Below are positions 16,728 to 27,430 of a stretch of DNA of 64,000 nucleotides, piece after piece (position 1 is the first letter of the stretch; every line of letters begins with the position of its first letter). The stretch is taken from the NCBI RefSeq assembly GCF_003334355.1, contig NZ_QOWP01000007.1, one strand, 5' to 3'. A program made the translations under genes and the position numbers. The notes below the pieces were generated by a model. That model saw nothing but the letters and a program-made list of their open reading frames with translations, had not been told where the DNA came from and ran no database searches. Origin of the DNA: Escherichia coli. GTDB taxonomy: Bacteria > Pseudomonadota > Gammaproteobacteria > Enterobacterales > Enterobacteriaceae.

Positions 16728-19151
16728 ATGAAAATCCATACCACAGAGGCGCTCATGAAGGCTGAAATCAGCCGTAGAAGTCTGATGAAAACCTCCGCAC
16801 TTGGCAGTCTTGCGCTGGCAAGCAGTGCTTTCACTCTGCCATTTTCCCAAATGGTCCGGGCGGCAGAGGCTCCGGTAGAAGAGAAAGCGGTCTGGAGTTC
16901 CTGCACCGTTAACTGCGGGAGCCGCTGTCTGTTACGTTTGCATGTGAAAGATGACACCGTGTACTGGGTGGAGTCTGATACGACAGGTGACGACGTCTAC
17001 GGTAATCATCAGGTTCGAGCGTGTTTACGCGGGCGCTCTATCCGCCGACGGATGAATCATCCTGATAGGTTGAAATATCCCATGAAGCGCGTCGGCAAGC
17101 GCGGTGAAGGTAAATTTGAACGGATAAGTTGGGACGAAGCCCTGGATACCATCAGTGATAATCTTCGGCGGATCCTGAAAGATTACGGCAATGAGGCTGT
17201 ACATGTCCTGTACGGAACAGGCGTAGATGGCGGAAACATCACCAACTCAAACGTCCCGTACCGTCTGATGAACTCTTGCGGTGGTTTTCTCAGTCGCTAT
17301 GGCAGCTACAGTACCGCACAGATCAGTGCCGCAATGAGTTATATGTTCGGTGCCAATGATGGCAACAGCCCGGATGATATCGCCAATACGAAACTGGTCG
17401 TTATGTTCGGAAATAACCCGGCAGAAACGCGGATGAGCGGCGGTGGTGTCACTTACTACGTCGAGCAAGCCCGCGAACGTTCAAACGCACGCGTGATCGT
17501 CATCGATCCACGTTATAACGACACTGCTGCCGGGCGTGAAGATGAATGGCTGCCCATTCGCCCTGGCACCGATGGCGCACTGGCCTGTGCGATTGCCTGG
17601 GTACTGATTACTGAAAACATGGTCGATCAGCCATTTCTCGACAAATATTGTGTTGGTTACGATGAAAAAACGCTGCCCGCCAACGCACCACGTAACGCGC
17701 ATTATAAAGCCTATATTCTGGGCGAAGGGCCTGACGGCATAGCTAAAACGCCGGAATGGGCAGCAAAAATCACCAGCATCCCGGCAGAAAAAATTATCCA
17801 GTTGGCACGAGAGATCGGTTCAGCAAAACCTGCTTATATTTGTCAGGGTTGGGGGCCACAACGACATTCCAACGGCGAGCAAACATCCCGCGCTATTGCC
17901 ATGCTTTCCGTTCTCACCGGCAACGTCGGCATAAACGGCGGCAACTCAGGCGTACGCGAAGGTAGCTGGGATCTGGGGGTAGAATGGTTCCCGATGCTCG
18001 AGAATCCTGTTAAAACGCAGATTTCCGTCTTTACATGGACAGATGCCATCGACCATGGTACGGAAATGACCGCGACCCGTGATGGTGTTCGTGGAAAAGA
18101 AAAACTGGATGTCCCCATCAAGTTTTTATGGTGCTACGCCAGTAACACATTGATCAATCAACATGGCGACATCAATCACACCCATGAGGTGCTTCAGGAT
18201 GACAGCAAGTGCGAGATGATTGTTGGCATTGACCACTTCATGACGGCCTCGGCTAAGTATTGCGATATCCTGTTGCCCGACCTGATGCCAACAGAGCAAG
18301 AAGACCTTATCTCTCATGAATCTGCAGGGAATATGGGCTATGTGATCCTCGCCCAACCCGCAACCTCAGCAAAATTTGAACGCAAACCCATCTACTGGAT
18401 GCTGAGTGAAGTCGCCAAACGCTTAGGACCAGACGTTTATCAAACCTTTACTGAAGGTCGCAGTCAGCATGAATGGATCAAATATCTCCATGCGAAAACG
18501 AAGGAACGTAACCCTGAGATGCCCGACTACGAGGAGATGAAAACGACCGGGATCTTTAAGAAAAAATGCCCGGAAGAACACTACGTCGCTTTCCGCGCAT
18601 TCCGTGAAGATCCACAGGCAAACCCGTTGAAAACACCTTCGGGGAAAATCGAAATTTATTCTGAACGACTGGCGAAGATTGCAGATACCTGGGAATTGAA
18701 AAAAGATGAAATTATTCATCCCCTTCCTGCGTATACCCCAGGTTTTGATGGCTGGGACGATCCCCTGCGGAAAACCTATCCACTGCAGTTAACGGGCTTC
18801 CATTACAAAGCGCGTACCCACTCCAGCTACGGCAATATTGATGTGTTACAGCAGGCCTGCCCACAAGAGGTGTGGATCAACCCCATTGATGCTCAGGCAC
18901 GCGGTATCCGTCATGGCGATACCGTGCGGGTATTTAACAATAATGGAGAAATGCTGATTGCCGCAAAAGTGACTCCGCGTATTCTGCCTGGCGTTACCGC
19001 CATCGGGCAAGGTGCGTGGCTTAAAGCGGATATGTTTGGTGACCGGGTCGATCACGGCGGCAGTATCAATATTCTGACCTCTCACCGCCCTTCACCGCTG
19101 GCAAAGGGAAACCCGTCGCACAGCAATCTTGTCCAGATCGAAAAGGTTTAA
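16728..19151 (+). CDS. ynfF: Tat-exported molybdoenzyme, DmsA paralog
   Basis: 807 aa; SRRSLMKTSALGSLALA; tandem paralog of ynfE. Confidence 0.92.
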   Translation: MKIHTTEALMKAEISRRSLMKTSALGSLALASSAFTLPFSQMVRAAEAPVEEKAVWSSCTVNCGSRCLLRLHVKDDTVYWVESDTTGDDVYGNHQVRACLRGRSIRRRMNHPDRLKYPMKRVGKRGEGKFERISWDEALDTISDNLRRILKDYGNEAVHVLYGTGVDGGNITNSNVPYRLMNSCGGFLSRYGSYSTAQISAAMSYMFGANDGNSPDDIANTKLVVMFGNNPAETRMSGGGVTYYVEQARERSNARVIVIDPRYNDTAAGREDEWLPIRPGTDGALACAIAWVLITENMVDQPFLDKYCVGYDEKTLPANAPRNAHYKAYILGEGPDGIAKTPEWAAKITSIPAEKIIQLAREIGSAKPAYICQGWGPQRHSNGEQTSRAIAMLSVLTGNVGINGGNSGVREGSWDLGVEWFPMLENPVKTQISVFTWTDAIDHGTEMTATRDGVRGKEKLDVPIKFLWCYASNTLINQHGDINHTHEVLQDDSKCEMIVGIDHFMTASAKYCDILLPDLMPTEQEDLISHESAGNMGYVILAQPATSAKFERKPIYWMLSEVAKRLGPDVYQTFTEGRSQHEWIKYLHAKTKERNPEMPDYEEMKTTGIFKKKCPEEHYVAFRAFREDPQANPLKTPSGKIEIYSERLAKIADTWELKKDEIIHPLPAYTPGFDGWDDPLRKTYPLQLTGFHYKARTHSSYGNIDVLQQACPQEVWINPIDAQARGIRHGDTVRVFNNNGEMLIAAKVTPRILPGVTAIGQGAWLKADMFGDRVDHGGSINILTSHRPSPLAKGNPSHSNLVQIEKV

Positions 19152-19161
19152 GGAGTAGCCC

Positions 19162-19779
19162 ATGACCACACAATATGGATTTTTTATCGATTCCAGCCGC
19201 TGTACTGGCTGTAAAACCTGCGAACTGGCGTGCAAAGATTTTAAAGATCTTGGCCCGGAAGTCAGTTTCCGCCGTATTTATGAATACGCTGGCGGCGACT
19301 GGCAGGAAGATAATGGCGTCTGGCACCAGAACGTGTTCGCTTATTATCTCTCCATCTCCTGTAACCATTGCGATGACCCCGCATGTACAAAAGTCTGCCC
19401 CAGCGGCGCAATGCATAAGCGTGAAGATGGCTTTGTGGTGGTTGATGAAGATGTTTGTATCGGCTGCCGCTACTGCCACATGGCTTGTCCGTACGGCGCG
19501 CCACAGTACAATGCTGAAAAAGGGCACATGACGAAGTGCGATGGTTGTTATTCGCGCGTCGCCGAGGGGAAACAACCCATATGTGTCGAATCCTGCCCGC
19601 TGCGTGCACTTGAGTTCGGTCCAATTGAAGAGCTGCGCCAGAAGCACGGCACTCTTGCTGCCGTCGCGCCACTGCCGCGCGCGCATTTCACAAAACCCAA
19701 TATCGTTATCAAACCTAACGCCAACAGCCGCCCGACCGGCGATACCACTGGTTATCTGGCTAATCCGGAGGAAGTGTAA
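19162..19779 (+). CDS. ynfG: DMSO-reductase-type 4Fe-4S ferredoxin subunit
   Basis: 205 aa with four Cys clusters (CTGCKTCELACK, CNHCDDPACTKVCP, CIGCRYCHMACP, CDGC...). Confidence 0.92.
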   Translation: MTTQYGFFIDSSRCTGCKTCELACKDFKDLGPEVSFRRIYEYAGGDWQEDNGVWHQNVFAYYLSISCNHCDDPACTKVCPSGAMHKREDGFVVVDEDVCIGCRYCHMACPYGAPQYNAEKGHMTKCDGCYSRVAEGKQPICVESCPLRALEFGPIEELRQKHGTLAAVAPLPRAHFTKPNIVIKPNANSRPTGDTTGYLANPEEV

Positions 19780-19780
19780 A

Positions 19781-20635
19781 ATGGGAAATGGATGGCATGA
19801 GTGGCCACTGGTTATCTTTACCGTATTGGGTCAATGCGTAGTAGGCGCGCTGATTGTTAGCGGAATTGGCTGGTTCGCCGCCAAAAATGACGCAGACCGT
19901 CAGCGTATTGTCCGTGGCATGTTTTTCCTCTGGCTGTTGATGGGCGTCGGGTTTATTGCCTCTGTCATGCACCTGGGATCGCCACTGCGGGCGTTTAACT
20001 CGCTGAATCGAATCGGAGCTTCTGGTCTGAGTAACGAGATTGCTGCCGGTTCCATATTTTTTGCCGTTGGCGGATTATGGTGGCTGGTGGCAGTCATCGG
20101 TAAAATGCCGCAAGCGTTGGGGAAACTCTGGTTACTTTTCAGCATGGCGCTCGGCGTCATTTTCGTCTGGATGATGACCTGCGTGTATCAAATCGACACC
20201 GTGCCAACCTGGCATAACGGTTACACTACGCTGGCTTTCTTCCTGACGGTATTGTTGAGCGGTCCAATACTTGCTGCCGCAATTCTGCGGGCAGCTCGCG
20301 TTACATTTAATACCACACCATTTGCCATCATTAGCGTTCTGGCGCTGATCGCTTGTGCCGGGGTGATTGTGCTGCAAGGTTTGTCTCTGGCGTCTATTCA
20401 CTCATCCGTGCAACAAGCCAGCGCACTGGTACCAGATTACGCCTCCTTACAGGTCTGGCGTGTGGTATTGTTATGCGCAGGTCTTGGATGCTGGCTTTGC
20501 CCGCTCATTCGTCGCCGTGAACCTCACGTTGCCGGACTTATTCTGGGGCTAATCCTCATACTTGGCGGTGAGATGATCGGGCGTGTGCTCTTTTATGGCC
20601 TGCACATGACAGTAGGAATGGCTATTGCAGGTTAA
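19781..20635 (+). CDS. ynfH: DMSO-reductase-type membrane anchor subunit
   Basis: 284-aa polytopic ORF starting MGNGWHEWPLVIFTVLGQ 2 nt after ynfG stop. Confidence 0.9.
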   Translation: MGNGWHEWPLVIFTVLGQCVVGALIVSGIGWFAAKNDADRQRIVRGMFFLWLLMGVGFIASVMHLGSPLRAFNSLNRIGASGLSNEIAAGSIFFAVGGLWWLVAVIGKMPQALGKLWLLFSMALGVIFVWMMTCVYQIDTVPTWHNGYTTLAFFLTVLLSGPILAAAILRAARVTFNTTPFAIISVLALIACAGVIVLQGLSLASIHSSVQQASALVPDYASLQVWRVVLLCAGLGCWLCPLIRRREPHVAGLILGLILILGGEMIGRVLFYGLHMTVGMAIAG

Positions 20636-20677
20636 CAAATTGGTGCGGGGCAACCCGCACATTTCAGGATGTTAGGA

Positions 20678-21292
20678 ATGACCCATTTTTCACAGCAAGA
20701 TAATTTTTCTGTCGCGGCGCGCGTGTTGGGCGCGCTGTTTTATTACGCTCCAGAGAGTGCGGAAGCCGCACCTCTGGTTGCGGTACTCACCAGTGACGGC
20801 TGGGAAACTCAGTGGCCTCTACCAGAAGCGTCATTAGCGCCGCTGGTGACGGCTTTTCAGACACAGTGTGAAGAGACTCACGCCCAGGCCTGGCAGCGTT
20901 TGTTTGTCGGCCCGTGGGCACTGCCGTCTCCGCCGTGGGGGTCGGTCTGGCTGGATCGCGAATCTGTGCTGTTTGGCGATTCAACATTGGCACTTCGTCA
21001 GTGGATGCGCGAGAAAGGCATTCAGTTTGAAATGAAGCAAAACGAACCGGAAGATCATTTTGGTTCACTGCTGTTGATGGCTGCGTGGTTGGCGGAGAAT
21101 GGTCGCCAGACAGAATGCGAAGAATTGCTGGCATGGCACCTTTTTCCGTGGTCAACACGTTTTCTTGATGTTTTTATCGAAAAAGCAGAACACCCTTTCT
21201 ACCGTGCACTGGGTGAACTGGCTCGCTTAACGCTGGCGCAATGGCAATCACAACTGTTAATTCCTGTCGCGGTTAAACCGCTGTTTCGATAG
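20678..21292 (+). CDS. dmsD: Tat proofreading chaperone DmsD
   Basis: 204 aa MTHFSQQDNFSVAARVLGALFYYAPES. Confidence 0.9.
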   Translation: MTHFSQQDNFSVAARVLGALFYYAPESAEAAPLVAVLTSDGWETQWPLPEASLAPLVTAFQTQCEETHAQAWQRLFVGPWALPSPPWGSVWLDRESVLFGDSTLALRQWMREKGIQFEMKQNEPEDHFGSLLLMAAWLAENGRQTECEELLAWHLFPWSTRFLDVFIEKAEHPFYRALGELARLTLAQWQSQLLIPVAVKPLFR

Positions 21293-21486
21293 GATCACCG
21301 TAATATTGCCGGATGGTGACGATTACGCGCAATCCGGCAATAATAGGTTACAGTGTCACGTTTTTTTATCTCTTAAAGCACGCACTGCTTTTGCGGCTGG
21401 CCTCTTTTGCCGCAAAATAGTCGCCCGTGTTTCATTGCCCATTTCTGCTCATGCATCATCTACACATCTATCCGGATCTGCGCACT

Positions 21487-22743
21487 ATGTTCCGCCGTCT
21501 GCTTATCGCAACAGTCGTCGGTATTCTCGCGGCCTTTGCCGTTGCCGGGTTTCGTCATGCGATGCTGCTACTGGAGTGGTTGTTCCTCAATAATGACTCC
21601 GGCAGTCTGGTCAATGCAGCGACAAACCTTTCCCCCTGGCGACGGTTGCTAACTCCGGCGCTCGGCGGACTGGCGGCGGGTTTGTTGCTGATGGGCTGGC
21701 AGAAATTTACCCAACAACGCCCTCATGCGCCGACCGATTACATGGAAGCGTTGCAAACCGATGGACAGTTCGATTACGCAGCAAGCCTGGTTAAATCGCT
21801 TGCCTCTCTGCTGGTAGTAACCAGCGGCAGTGCAATTGGTCGCGAAGGTGCGATGATTCTTTTAGCTGCCCTTGCCGCCTCCTGTTTTGCCCAACGTTTT
21901 ACGCCACGCCAGGAGTGGAAATTATGGATCGCCTGTGGGGCCGCGGCGGGAATGGCTGCGGCCTATCGTGCCCCGCTTGCTGGCAGTTTATTTATAGCCG
22001 AAGTGCTGTTTGGCACTATGATGTTGGCCTCTCTCGGCCCGGTGATTATTTCCGCCGTCGTGGCATTGCTGGTTAGCAATCTGATTAATCATAGCGACGC
22101 GTTACTCTACAACGTACAACTCTCAGTGACGGTTCAGGCTCGTGACTATGCGCTGATTATCAGTACAGGTGTGCTGGCAGGTCTGTGCGGACCACTGTTG
22201 TTAACGTTAATGAACGCCTGTCATCGTGGATTTGTGAGTCTCAAACTTGCGCCGCCCTGGCAACTGGCACTAGGCGGGTTGATCGTGGGTCTGCTTTCCC
22301 TGTTCACACCTGCAGTGTGGGGCAACGGCTATAGCACCGTACAATCCTTTTTAACCGCCCCACCACTGTTAATGATCATTGCCGGGATCTTCCTTTGTAA
22401 ACTGTGTGCCGTGCTGGCGAGTAGCGGTTCCGGCGCACCCGGTGGGGTCTTTACACCGACGCTATTTATCGGTCTTGCCATTGGCATGTTGTATGGTCGT
22501 AGCCTGGGATTATGGTTCCCTGATGGCGAAGAAATTACACTTTTACTCGGATTGACCGGGATGGCGACACTGTTGGCGGCGACCACGCACGCGCCGATTA
22601 TGTCGACGTTGATGATATGTGAAATGACCGGGGAGTATCAGCTACTCCCCGGTTTATTGATTGCCTGCGTAATTGCGTCGGTAATTTCGCGGACGTTACA
22701 CCGTGACTCTATCTACCGCCAGCACACTGCGCAGCATAGCTAA
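21487..22743 (+). CDS. clcB: Voltage-gated ClC-type chloride channel ClcB
   Basis: 418 aa from [17 protein letters not shown]; motifs GSAIGREG and GAPGGVFTP. Confidence 0.88.
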   Translation: MFRRLLIATVVGILAAFAVAGFRHAMLLLEWLFLNNDSGSLVNAATNLSPWRRLLTPALGGLAAGLLLMGWQKFTQQRPHAPTDYMEALQTDGQFDYAASLVKSLASLLVVTSGSAIGREGAMILLAALAASCFAQRFTPRQEWKLWIACGAAAGMAAAYRAPLAGSLFIAEVLFGTMMLASLGPVIISAVVALLVSNLINHSDALLYNVQLSVTVQARDYALIISTGVLAGLCGPLLLTLMNACHRGFVSLKLAPPWQLALGGLIVGLLSLFTPAVWGNGYSTVQSFLTAPPLLMIIAGIFLCKLCAVLASSGSGAPGGVFTPTLFIGLAIGMLYGRSLGLWFPDGEEITLLLGLTGMATLLAATTHAPIMSTLMICEMTGEYQLLPGLLIACVIASVISRTLHRDSIYRQHTAQHS

Positions 22744-23391
22744 GCGGATGTATTGCCCCAGTTCACGCTGTTCGGCGCGCGGCAGATAAGGCAGTTCACC
22801 AATGAGCGGTGCCGGAAGTTTTTTACCCAGCACATCAATGATTTCCGCATAATGCGCCAGTCCTGGGTTGATTCGGTTAGCCACCCAGCCAATGAGCGGC
22901 AGCCCGTCGTTGGCGATCGCCTGAGCTGTTAGCAGTGCATGGTTAATGCAACCTTCCTGAATACCGACAACCATCAACACCGGCAGTTGTTCCTGCACTA
23001 CCCATTCAGAGAGTGGACGCAAATCATTCATCAGACTGCGCCAGCCGCCAGTCCCTTCTACCACGACATGATCGACTTTTTCGGTCAGGTTTGCCAGGCC
23101 GTTTGAAATGAGGGTGTAATTGATTGGGCAACTGTGCGCCACGCTACTTTCTTCTTCGCTTAACGCGATAGGATTAACTGCTTCATAAGGCAGTTCGATG
23201 GTTGAAACACTCTGCAACACCAGGGCATCTTTATTACGCAGCCCTTCGGGTGTCTCTTTGCTCCCCTTCGCTACGGGTTTATATCCCGCAACCGTTTTTC
23301 CCTGGGAGGCTAACGCTTGTAGCAATGCGCGGGAAACCACCGTTTTCCCTACAGAAGTGTCTGTACCGGTAATAAAGAAACGCTTCAGCAT
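22696..23391 (-). CDS. ynfK: Dethiobiotin-synthetase paralog BioD2 (YnfK)
   Basis: 231 aa [27 protein letters not shown] (P-loop); 3' end overlaps clcB 3' end by 48 nt. Confidence 0.88.
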
Positions 23392-23515
23392 CACTAACTC
23401 CACCGTTATGCTTCACAAATATAAACCAGGAAAATAATTAACCTTGAAAGTCTAAGTTATGCTTTCCTGGCCCAAATTGAGATAGCGCAAATTTTGGTAG
23501 AACAGTTAAAAAATG

Positions 23516-24736
23516 TTAACCCTGCAACAGACGAATCAACAAAGAACCGTTATACATCGCGTCTTTTACCAGTGCAGCGCCTGCCATCGTGCCCTGGTTA
23601 GAAAACTGAGTACTCTCAACGCTGATGTGCTGACTATACGCAGGAAGGGCCTGCTGAAGGATGCTGTCTGAGATGACCGGGAAGAGGATATCTGCCGCTT
23701 TACTTAACGGTGAGCCAATCAGTATTTTTTGTGGGTTAAATAAATTCACCATGATGGCAAGAATGCGCCCGACATGCGCGCCCACCCCGGTAATGATGTC
23801 TTTTGCCAGTAGATCGCCGCGCAATGCCGCCTGACACAATGAGTCCACGGTTAACGGTTGTCCATGTAACATCGAGCTCATGGATTGATTAAGACGCAGC
23901 TGTGCCAGCTCAAGAATACTGTCCACGCTGGCGATGGTTTCGAGGCAGCCGTGATTCCCGCAATAACAGCGTTTCCCATACGGGTCGACCTGTGTGTGGC
24001 CTATTTCCACGAGACTACTGCTGCCTGCGTGTAGCAGATGACCATCGGTAATGACGCCCGCCCCCACGTTGTGATCGATAACCACCTGAATCACATCGCG
24101 CGCCCCGCGTGAGGCACCAAACAAGGCCTCTGCCATCGTCCATGCGCTGATATCATGCTGAATATAAACCGGAACGCCGGTATGCTGCTCCAGCGCCTCG
24201 CCGAGCGGCATCTCTTTTACATCCTCGTAGAACGGCATGCGATGTACAATACCATTTTCCGTATCAATAATTCCCGGCAAGGTTATGGCAATCGAAGTTA
24301 GACGCTCAAGTTTTTTCTGGTGGCGGATAAAAAACTGATCGATATGGGAAATAATACGATCCAGCAATGGCAAGTCATCTTTTAACGCCAGTTCCTGCGA
24401 CTCTTCCACCACCAGTTTGCTGCTCAGATCGCGCAGAGCAAGGAAAATCTCCCCGCGACTAATGCGCAGAGAAAGATAGTGCCAGGCTTCAGTTTCAACC
24501 ACCAGCCCCACCGCCGGACGGCCACGGTTCCCCGCTTCTTTGATTTCCAGCTCTTGCACCAGGTGTGCTTCGAGCATCTCACGGACAATTTTAGTGATAC
24601 TGGCAGGAGCCAGTTGCGCCAGACGGGAAAGATCGATACGCGAGACTGGACCAAGCTGATCAATCAGGCGATAAACCGCGCCCGCGTTGGTCTGCTTTAT
24701 TTGATCAATGTGCCCAGGCTGGTTTTCAGCAACCAC
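23516..24736 (-). CDS. mlc: ROK-family global regulator Mlc (DgsA)
   Basis: 406 aa MVAENQPGHIDQIKQTNAGAVYRLIDQLGPVSRIDL; GTG start. Confidence 0.92.
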   Translation of the reverse strand: MVAENQPGHIDQIKQTNAGAVYRLIDQLGPVSRIDLSRLAQLAPASITKIVREMLEAHLVQELEIKEAGNRGRPAVGLVVETEAWHYLSLRISRGEIFLALRDLSSKLVVEESQELALKDDLPLLDRIISHIDQFFIRHQKKLERLTSIAITLPGIIDTENGIVHRMPFYEDVKEMPLGEALEQHTGVPVYIQHDISAWTMAEALFGASRGARDVIQVVIDHNVGAGVITDGHLLHAGSSSLVEIGHTQVDPYGKRCYCGNHGCLETIASVDSILELAQLRLNQSMSSMLHGQPLTVDSLCQAALRGDLLAKDIITGVGAHVGRILAIMVNLFNPQKILIGSPLSKAADILFPVISDSILQQALPAYSQHISVESTQFSNQGTMAGAALVKDAMYNGSLLIRLLQG

Positions 24737-24747
24737 CGCATACTCCC

Positions 24748-24770
24748 TATATTTTCGCGCTCCGAAATAA
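24748..24770. promoter_or_regulatory. Candidate Mlc operator (TATATTTTCGCGCTCCGAAATAA) just upstream of mlc
   Basis: AT-rich arms TATTTTCG / CGAAATAA form an inverted repeat around a CG-rich centre, resembling Mlc/NagC-type sites; mlc is autoregulated. Confidence 0.4.
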
Positions 24771-24870
24771 TCTGTAGGCTATGGTGAAGCACTTCAATAC
24801 GTGTCGTCAAATTTTTACTTAGGCATGTGATTAACAGCACATTTTTCGGGCTTTTTCGCTGAAATTTCCC

Positions 24871-25764
24871 TCACCTGAGAGCATTCAGCAGATGAATACG
24901 AAAGTTACGCGCAGCCGGACTTTGTTCATGATGTTTCGGCCAGACCAACCACATTTCAGAAACCGCATCCTCTTCAGCAATCGGCACCCAGCGCATTTCG
25001 TTGAGCTGAACACGTTTAAATGACGCAGGCAAAATTGAAACACCCAGACCGGCGGAAACCAGACCGATGATGGTCATTGCCTCGCCCACCTCCTGAGTGA
25101 TGACGGGCGTCAAATGGTAACGTCGCATCAGCCCGAGAATATCGTCATACAGCCCTGTCCCGACGTGCGGATCAAAAAAGACAAAGGGTTCTTTCGCCAG
25201 TTCAGCCAGCGTTACATTCGGGTTATTTGCCAGGGGATGATCGTGCGGGATCATCGCCATAAGCGGTTCATGGACGATGACTGCGTGTTCAAGCGACTCC
25301 GGTAACGCTGTGTTACGCAGCAATCCCATATCCAGCGTTCCTTCAATGAGCGGAGCGATTTGCTCGCGAGTGTTCATTTCGCGGGTTTGTAAATGGACAT
25401 CAGGATAATCACGGCGAAACAGCGATAACGTATCGGACACCGCCCGAATAAAAGGAGCCGACGAAGTAAAACCAATGCGCAACTCCCCCGCTTCACCCTG
25501 ATGCAGCCTTTCAGCGCGAGCGGCAGCGTCATCCACCATAGACAGGATTTGCCGACTATCTGCAAGAAACTGTTTTCCTGCTGCCGTCAGCAATACACTG
25601 CGATTGGTTCGTGCCAGCAGTCGGGCACCAATTTGTTGCTCCAGCGCCTGAATCTGCTGACTTAGCGGCGGTTGCGAAATATTCAGGCGGGCAGCGGCGC
25701 GCCCGAAATGCAGCTCTTCCGCAACAGCAACAAAGTAACGCAGATGACGAAGTTCAATATTCAT
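24871..25764 (-). CDS. ynfL: LysR-family transcriptional regulator YnfL
   Basis: 297 aa; N-terminal HTH MNIELRHLRYFVAVAEELHFGRAAARLNISQPPLSQQI. Confidence 0.88.
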   Translation of the reverse strand: MNIELRHLRYFVAVAEELHFGRAAARLNISQPPLSQQIQALEQQIGARLLARTNRSVLLTAAGKQFLADSRQILSMVDDAAARAERLHQGEAGELRIGFTSSAPFIRAVSDTLSLFRRDYPDVHLQTREMNTREQIAPLIEGTLDMGLLRNTALPESLEHAVIVHEPLMAMIPHDHPLANNPNVTLAELAKEPFVFFDPHVGTGLYDDILGLMRRYHLTPVITQEVGEAMTIIGLVSAGLGVSILPASFKRVQLNEMRWVPIAEEDAVSEMWLVWPKHHEQSPAARNFRIHLLNALR

Positions 25765-25870
25765 ATTTAAAACATCTTATTTGAGATTATTAATATATTA
25801 GACAGAACAATTCGATTTTCCTACCCTATGTATAAGCCTGATCTACAGGCATATTTAGCAAGGATTTCAA

Positions 25871-27124
25871 GTGAGCCGTACTACAACTGTTGATGGCGCT
25901 CCGGCAAGCGACACTGACAAGCAAAGCATTTCTCAGCCAAATCAATTTATTAAACGCGGTACGCCGCAATTTATGCGCGTCACCCTGGCGCTGTTCTCTG
26001 CCGGACTGGCAACATTTGCACTTCTCTATTGTGTGCAGCCTATCCTTCCGGTGCTTTCGCAGGAGTTTGGCTTAACCCCCGCGAACAGTAGTATTTCACT
26101 GTCCATTTCCACGGCGATGTTGGCTATTGGTTTGCTGTTTACTGGCCCGCTATCCGATGCCATTGGTCGCAAACCAGTGATGGTCACGGCGCTACTGTTG
26201 GCCTCCATTTGTACGTTACTTTCGACAATGATGACCAGCTGGCACGGCATTTTGATTATGCGCGCCTTGATTGGGCTTTCGTTAAGTGGCGTGGCAGCTG
26301 TTGGCATGACTTATCTTAGCGAGGAAATCCATCCCAGTTTCGTGGCCTTTTCAATGGGGTTGTATATCAGCGGCAACTCAATTGGCGGCATGAGCGGACG
26401 CTTAATTAGCGGTGTCTTCACGGACTTTTTCAACTGGCGAATTGCTCTGGCGGCAATCGGTTGTTTCGCGCTGGCCTCGGCGTTGATGTTCTGGAAAATC
26501 CTCCCTGAATCACGCCATTTTCGCCCGACTTCGCTGCGCCCTAAGACGTTGTTTATCAACTTTCGTCTGCACTGGCGTGACCGGGGATTACCGTTATTGT
26601 TCGCAGAAGGCTTTTTGCTGATGGGGTCGTTCGTCACGCTGTTTAATTACATCGGCTATCGGTTGATGCTCTCCCCCTGGCATGTCAGTCAGGCCGTGGT
26701 TGGCTTATTATCGCTGGCTTATTTGACCGGTACATGGAGCTCACCCAAAGCCGGAACCATGACCACCCGCTATGGGCGTGGTCCAGTGATGTTGTTTTCG
26801 ACGGGGGTTATGCTGTTTGGTTTACTGATGACCTTATTCAGCTCGCTGTGGCTGATCTTTGCCGGAATGTTACTCTTCTCAGCAGGATTCTTCGCAGCCC
26901 ACTCAGTAGCCAGCAGCTGGATCGGCCCCCGCGCAAAACGCGCTAAAGGCCAGGCCTCCTCGCTGTATCTGTTCAGTTACTATCTGGGGTCGAGTATTGC
27001 CGGGACGCTGGGTGGTGTTTTCTGGCATAACTATGGCTGGAACGGCGTCGGCGCATTTATTGCTCTGATGCTGGTCATTGCTCTGCTGGTCGGGACGCGT
27101 TTGCATCGTCGTCTGCACGCCTGA
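25871..27124 (+). CDS. ynfM: MFS transporter YnfM
   Basis: 417 aa polytopic membrane ORF divergent from ynfL. Confidence 0.88.
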   Translation: MSRTTTVDGAPASDTDKQSISQPNQFIKRGTPQFMRVTLALFSAGLATFALLYCVQPILPVLSQEFGLTPANSSISLSISTAMLAIGLLFTGPLSDAIGRKPVMVTALLLASICTLLSTMMTSWHGILIMRALIGLSLSGVAAVGMTYLSEEIHPSFVAFSMGLYISGNSIGGMSGRLISGVFTDFFNWRIALAAIGCFALASALMFWKILPESRHFRPTSLRPKTLFINFRLHWRDRGLPLLFAEGFLLMGSFVTLFNYIGYRLMLSPWHVSQAVVGLLSLAYLTGTWSSPKAGTMTTRYGRGPVMLFSTGVMLFGLLMTLFSSLWLIFAGMLLFSAGFFAAHSVASSWIGPRAKRAKGQASSLYLFSYYLGSSIAGTLGGVFWHNYGWNGVGAFIALMLVIALLVGTRLHRRLHA

Positions 27125-27126
27125 AA

Positions 27127-27166
27127 AATAAGTCCGGACTGCGGTAAATACCCGTCCGGACTTATT
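27127..27166 (+). terminator. Hairpin AATAAGTCCGGAC-N14-GTCCGGACTTATT after ynfM
   Basis: 13-bp perfect stem 3 nt after ynfM stop; no U-tract. Confidence 0.4.
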
Positions 27167-27430
27167 GCCAGCTCAAACCAACGTTAATAGCCATCCTAAA
27201 ATAGACGAAGCGCCAGCCAATTCCCGCAGCGCGTCTAGCGTCATCAGGATTATAAGTACCCAAATAAACGGATTCATTTTGCTGTGTGTCATTTATTACT
27301 GATGCGCAGTTATTCTACTGCTTTGTAAGTAGTAAAATAGTTAACCCGATCAAGACTACTATTATTGGTAGCTAAATTTCCCTTAAGTCACAATACGTTA
27401 TTATCAACGCTGTAATTTATTCAGCGTTTG

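Noticed and set aside
14802-19686. Numerous antisense and alternative-frame ORFs inside ynfE, ynfF, ynfG (e.g. 16379..16957, 19066..19686, 19262..19672)
   Set aside because: All lie within well-supported long CDSs on the other strand or frame; typical of GC-rich coding DNA.
21306-21652. ORFs of 95 and 81 aa upstream of and overlapping the clcB start, plus the N-terminal extension of clcB to 21427
   Set aside because: The 418-aa product from the Met at 21487 matches the expected ClcB length; the upstream frames look like non-coding intergenic sequence.
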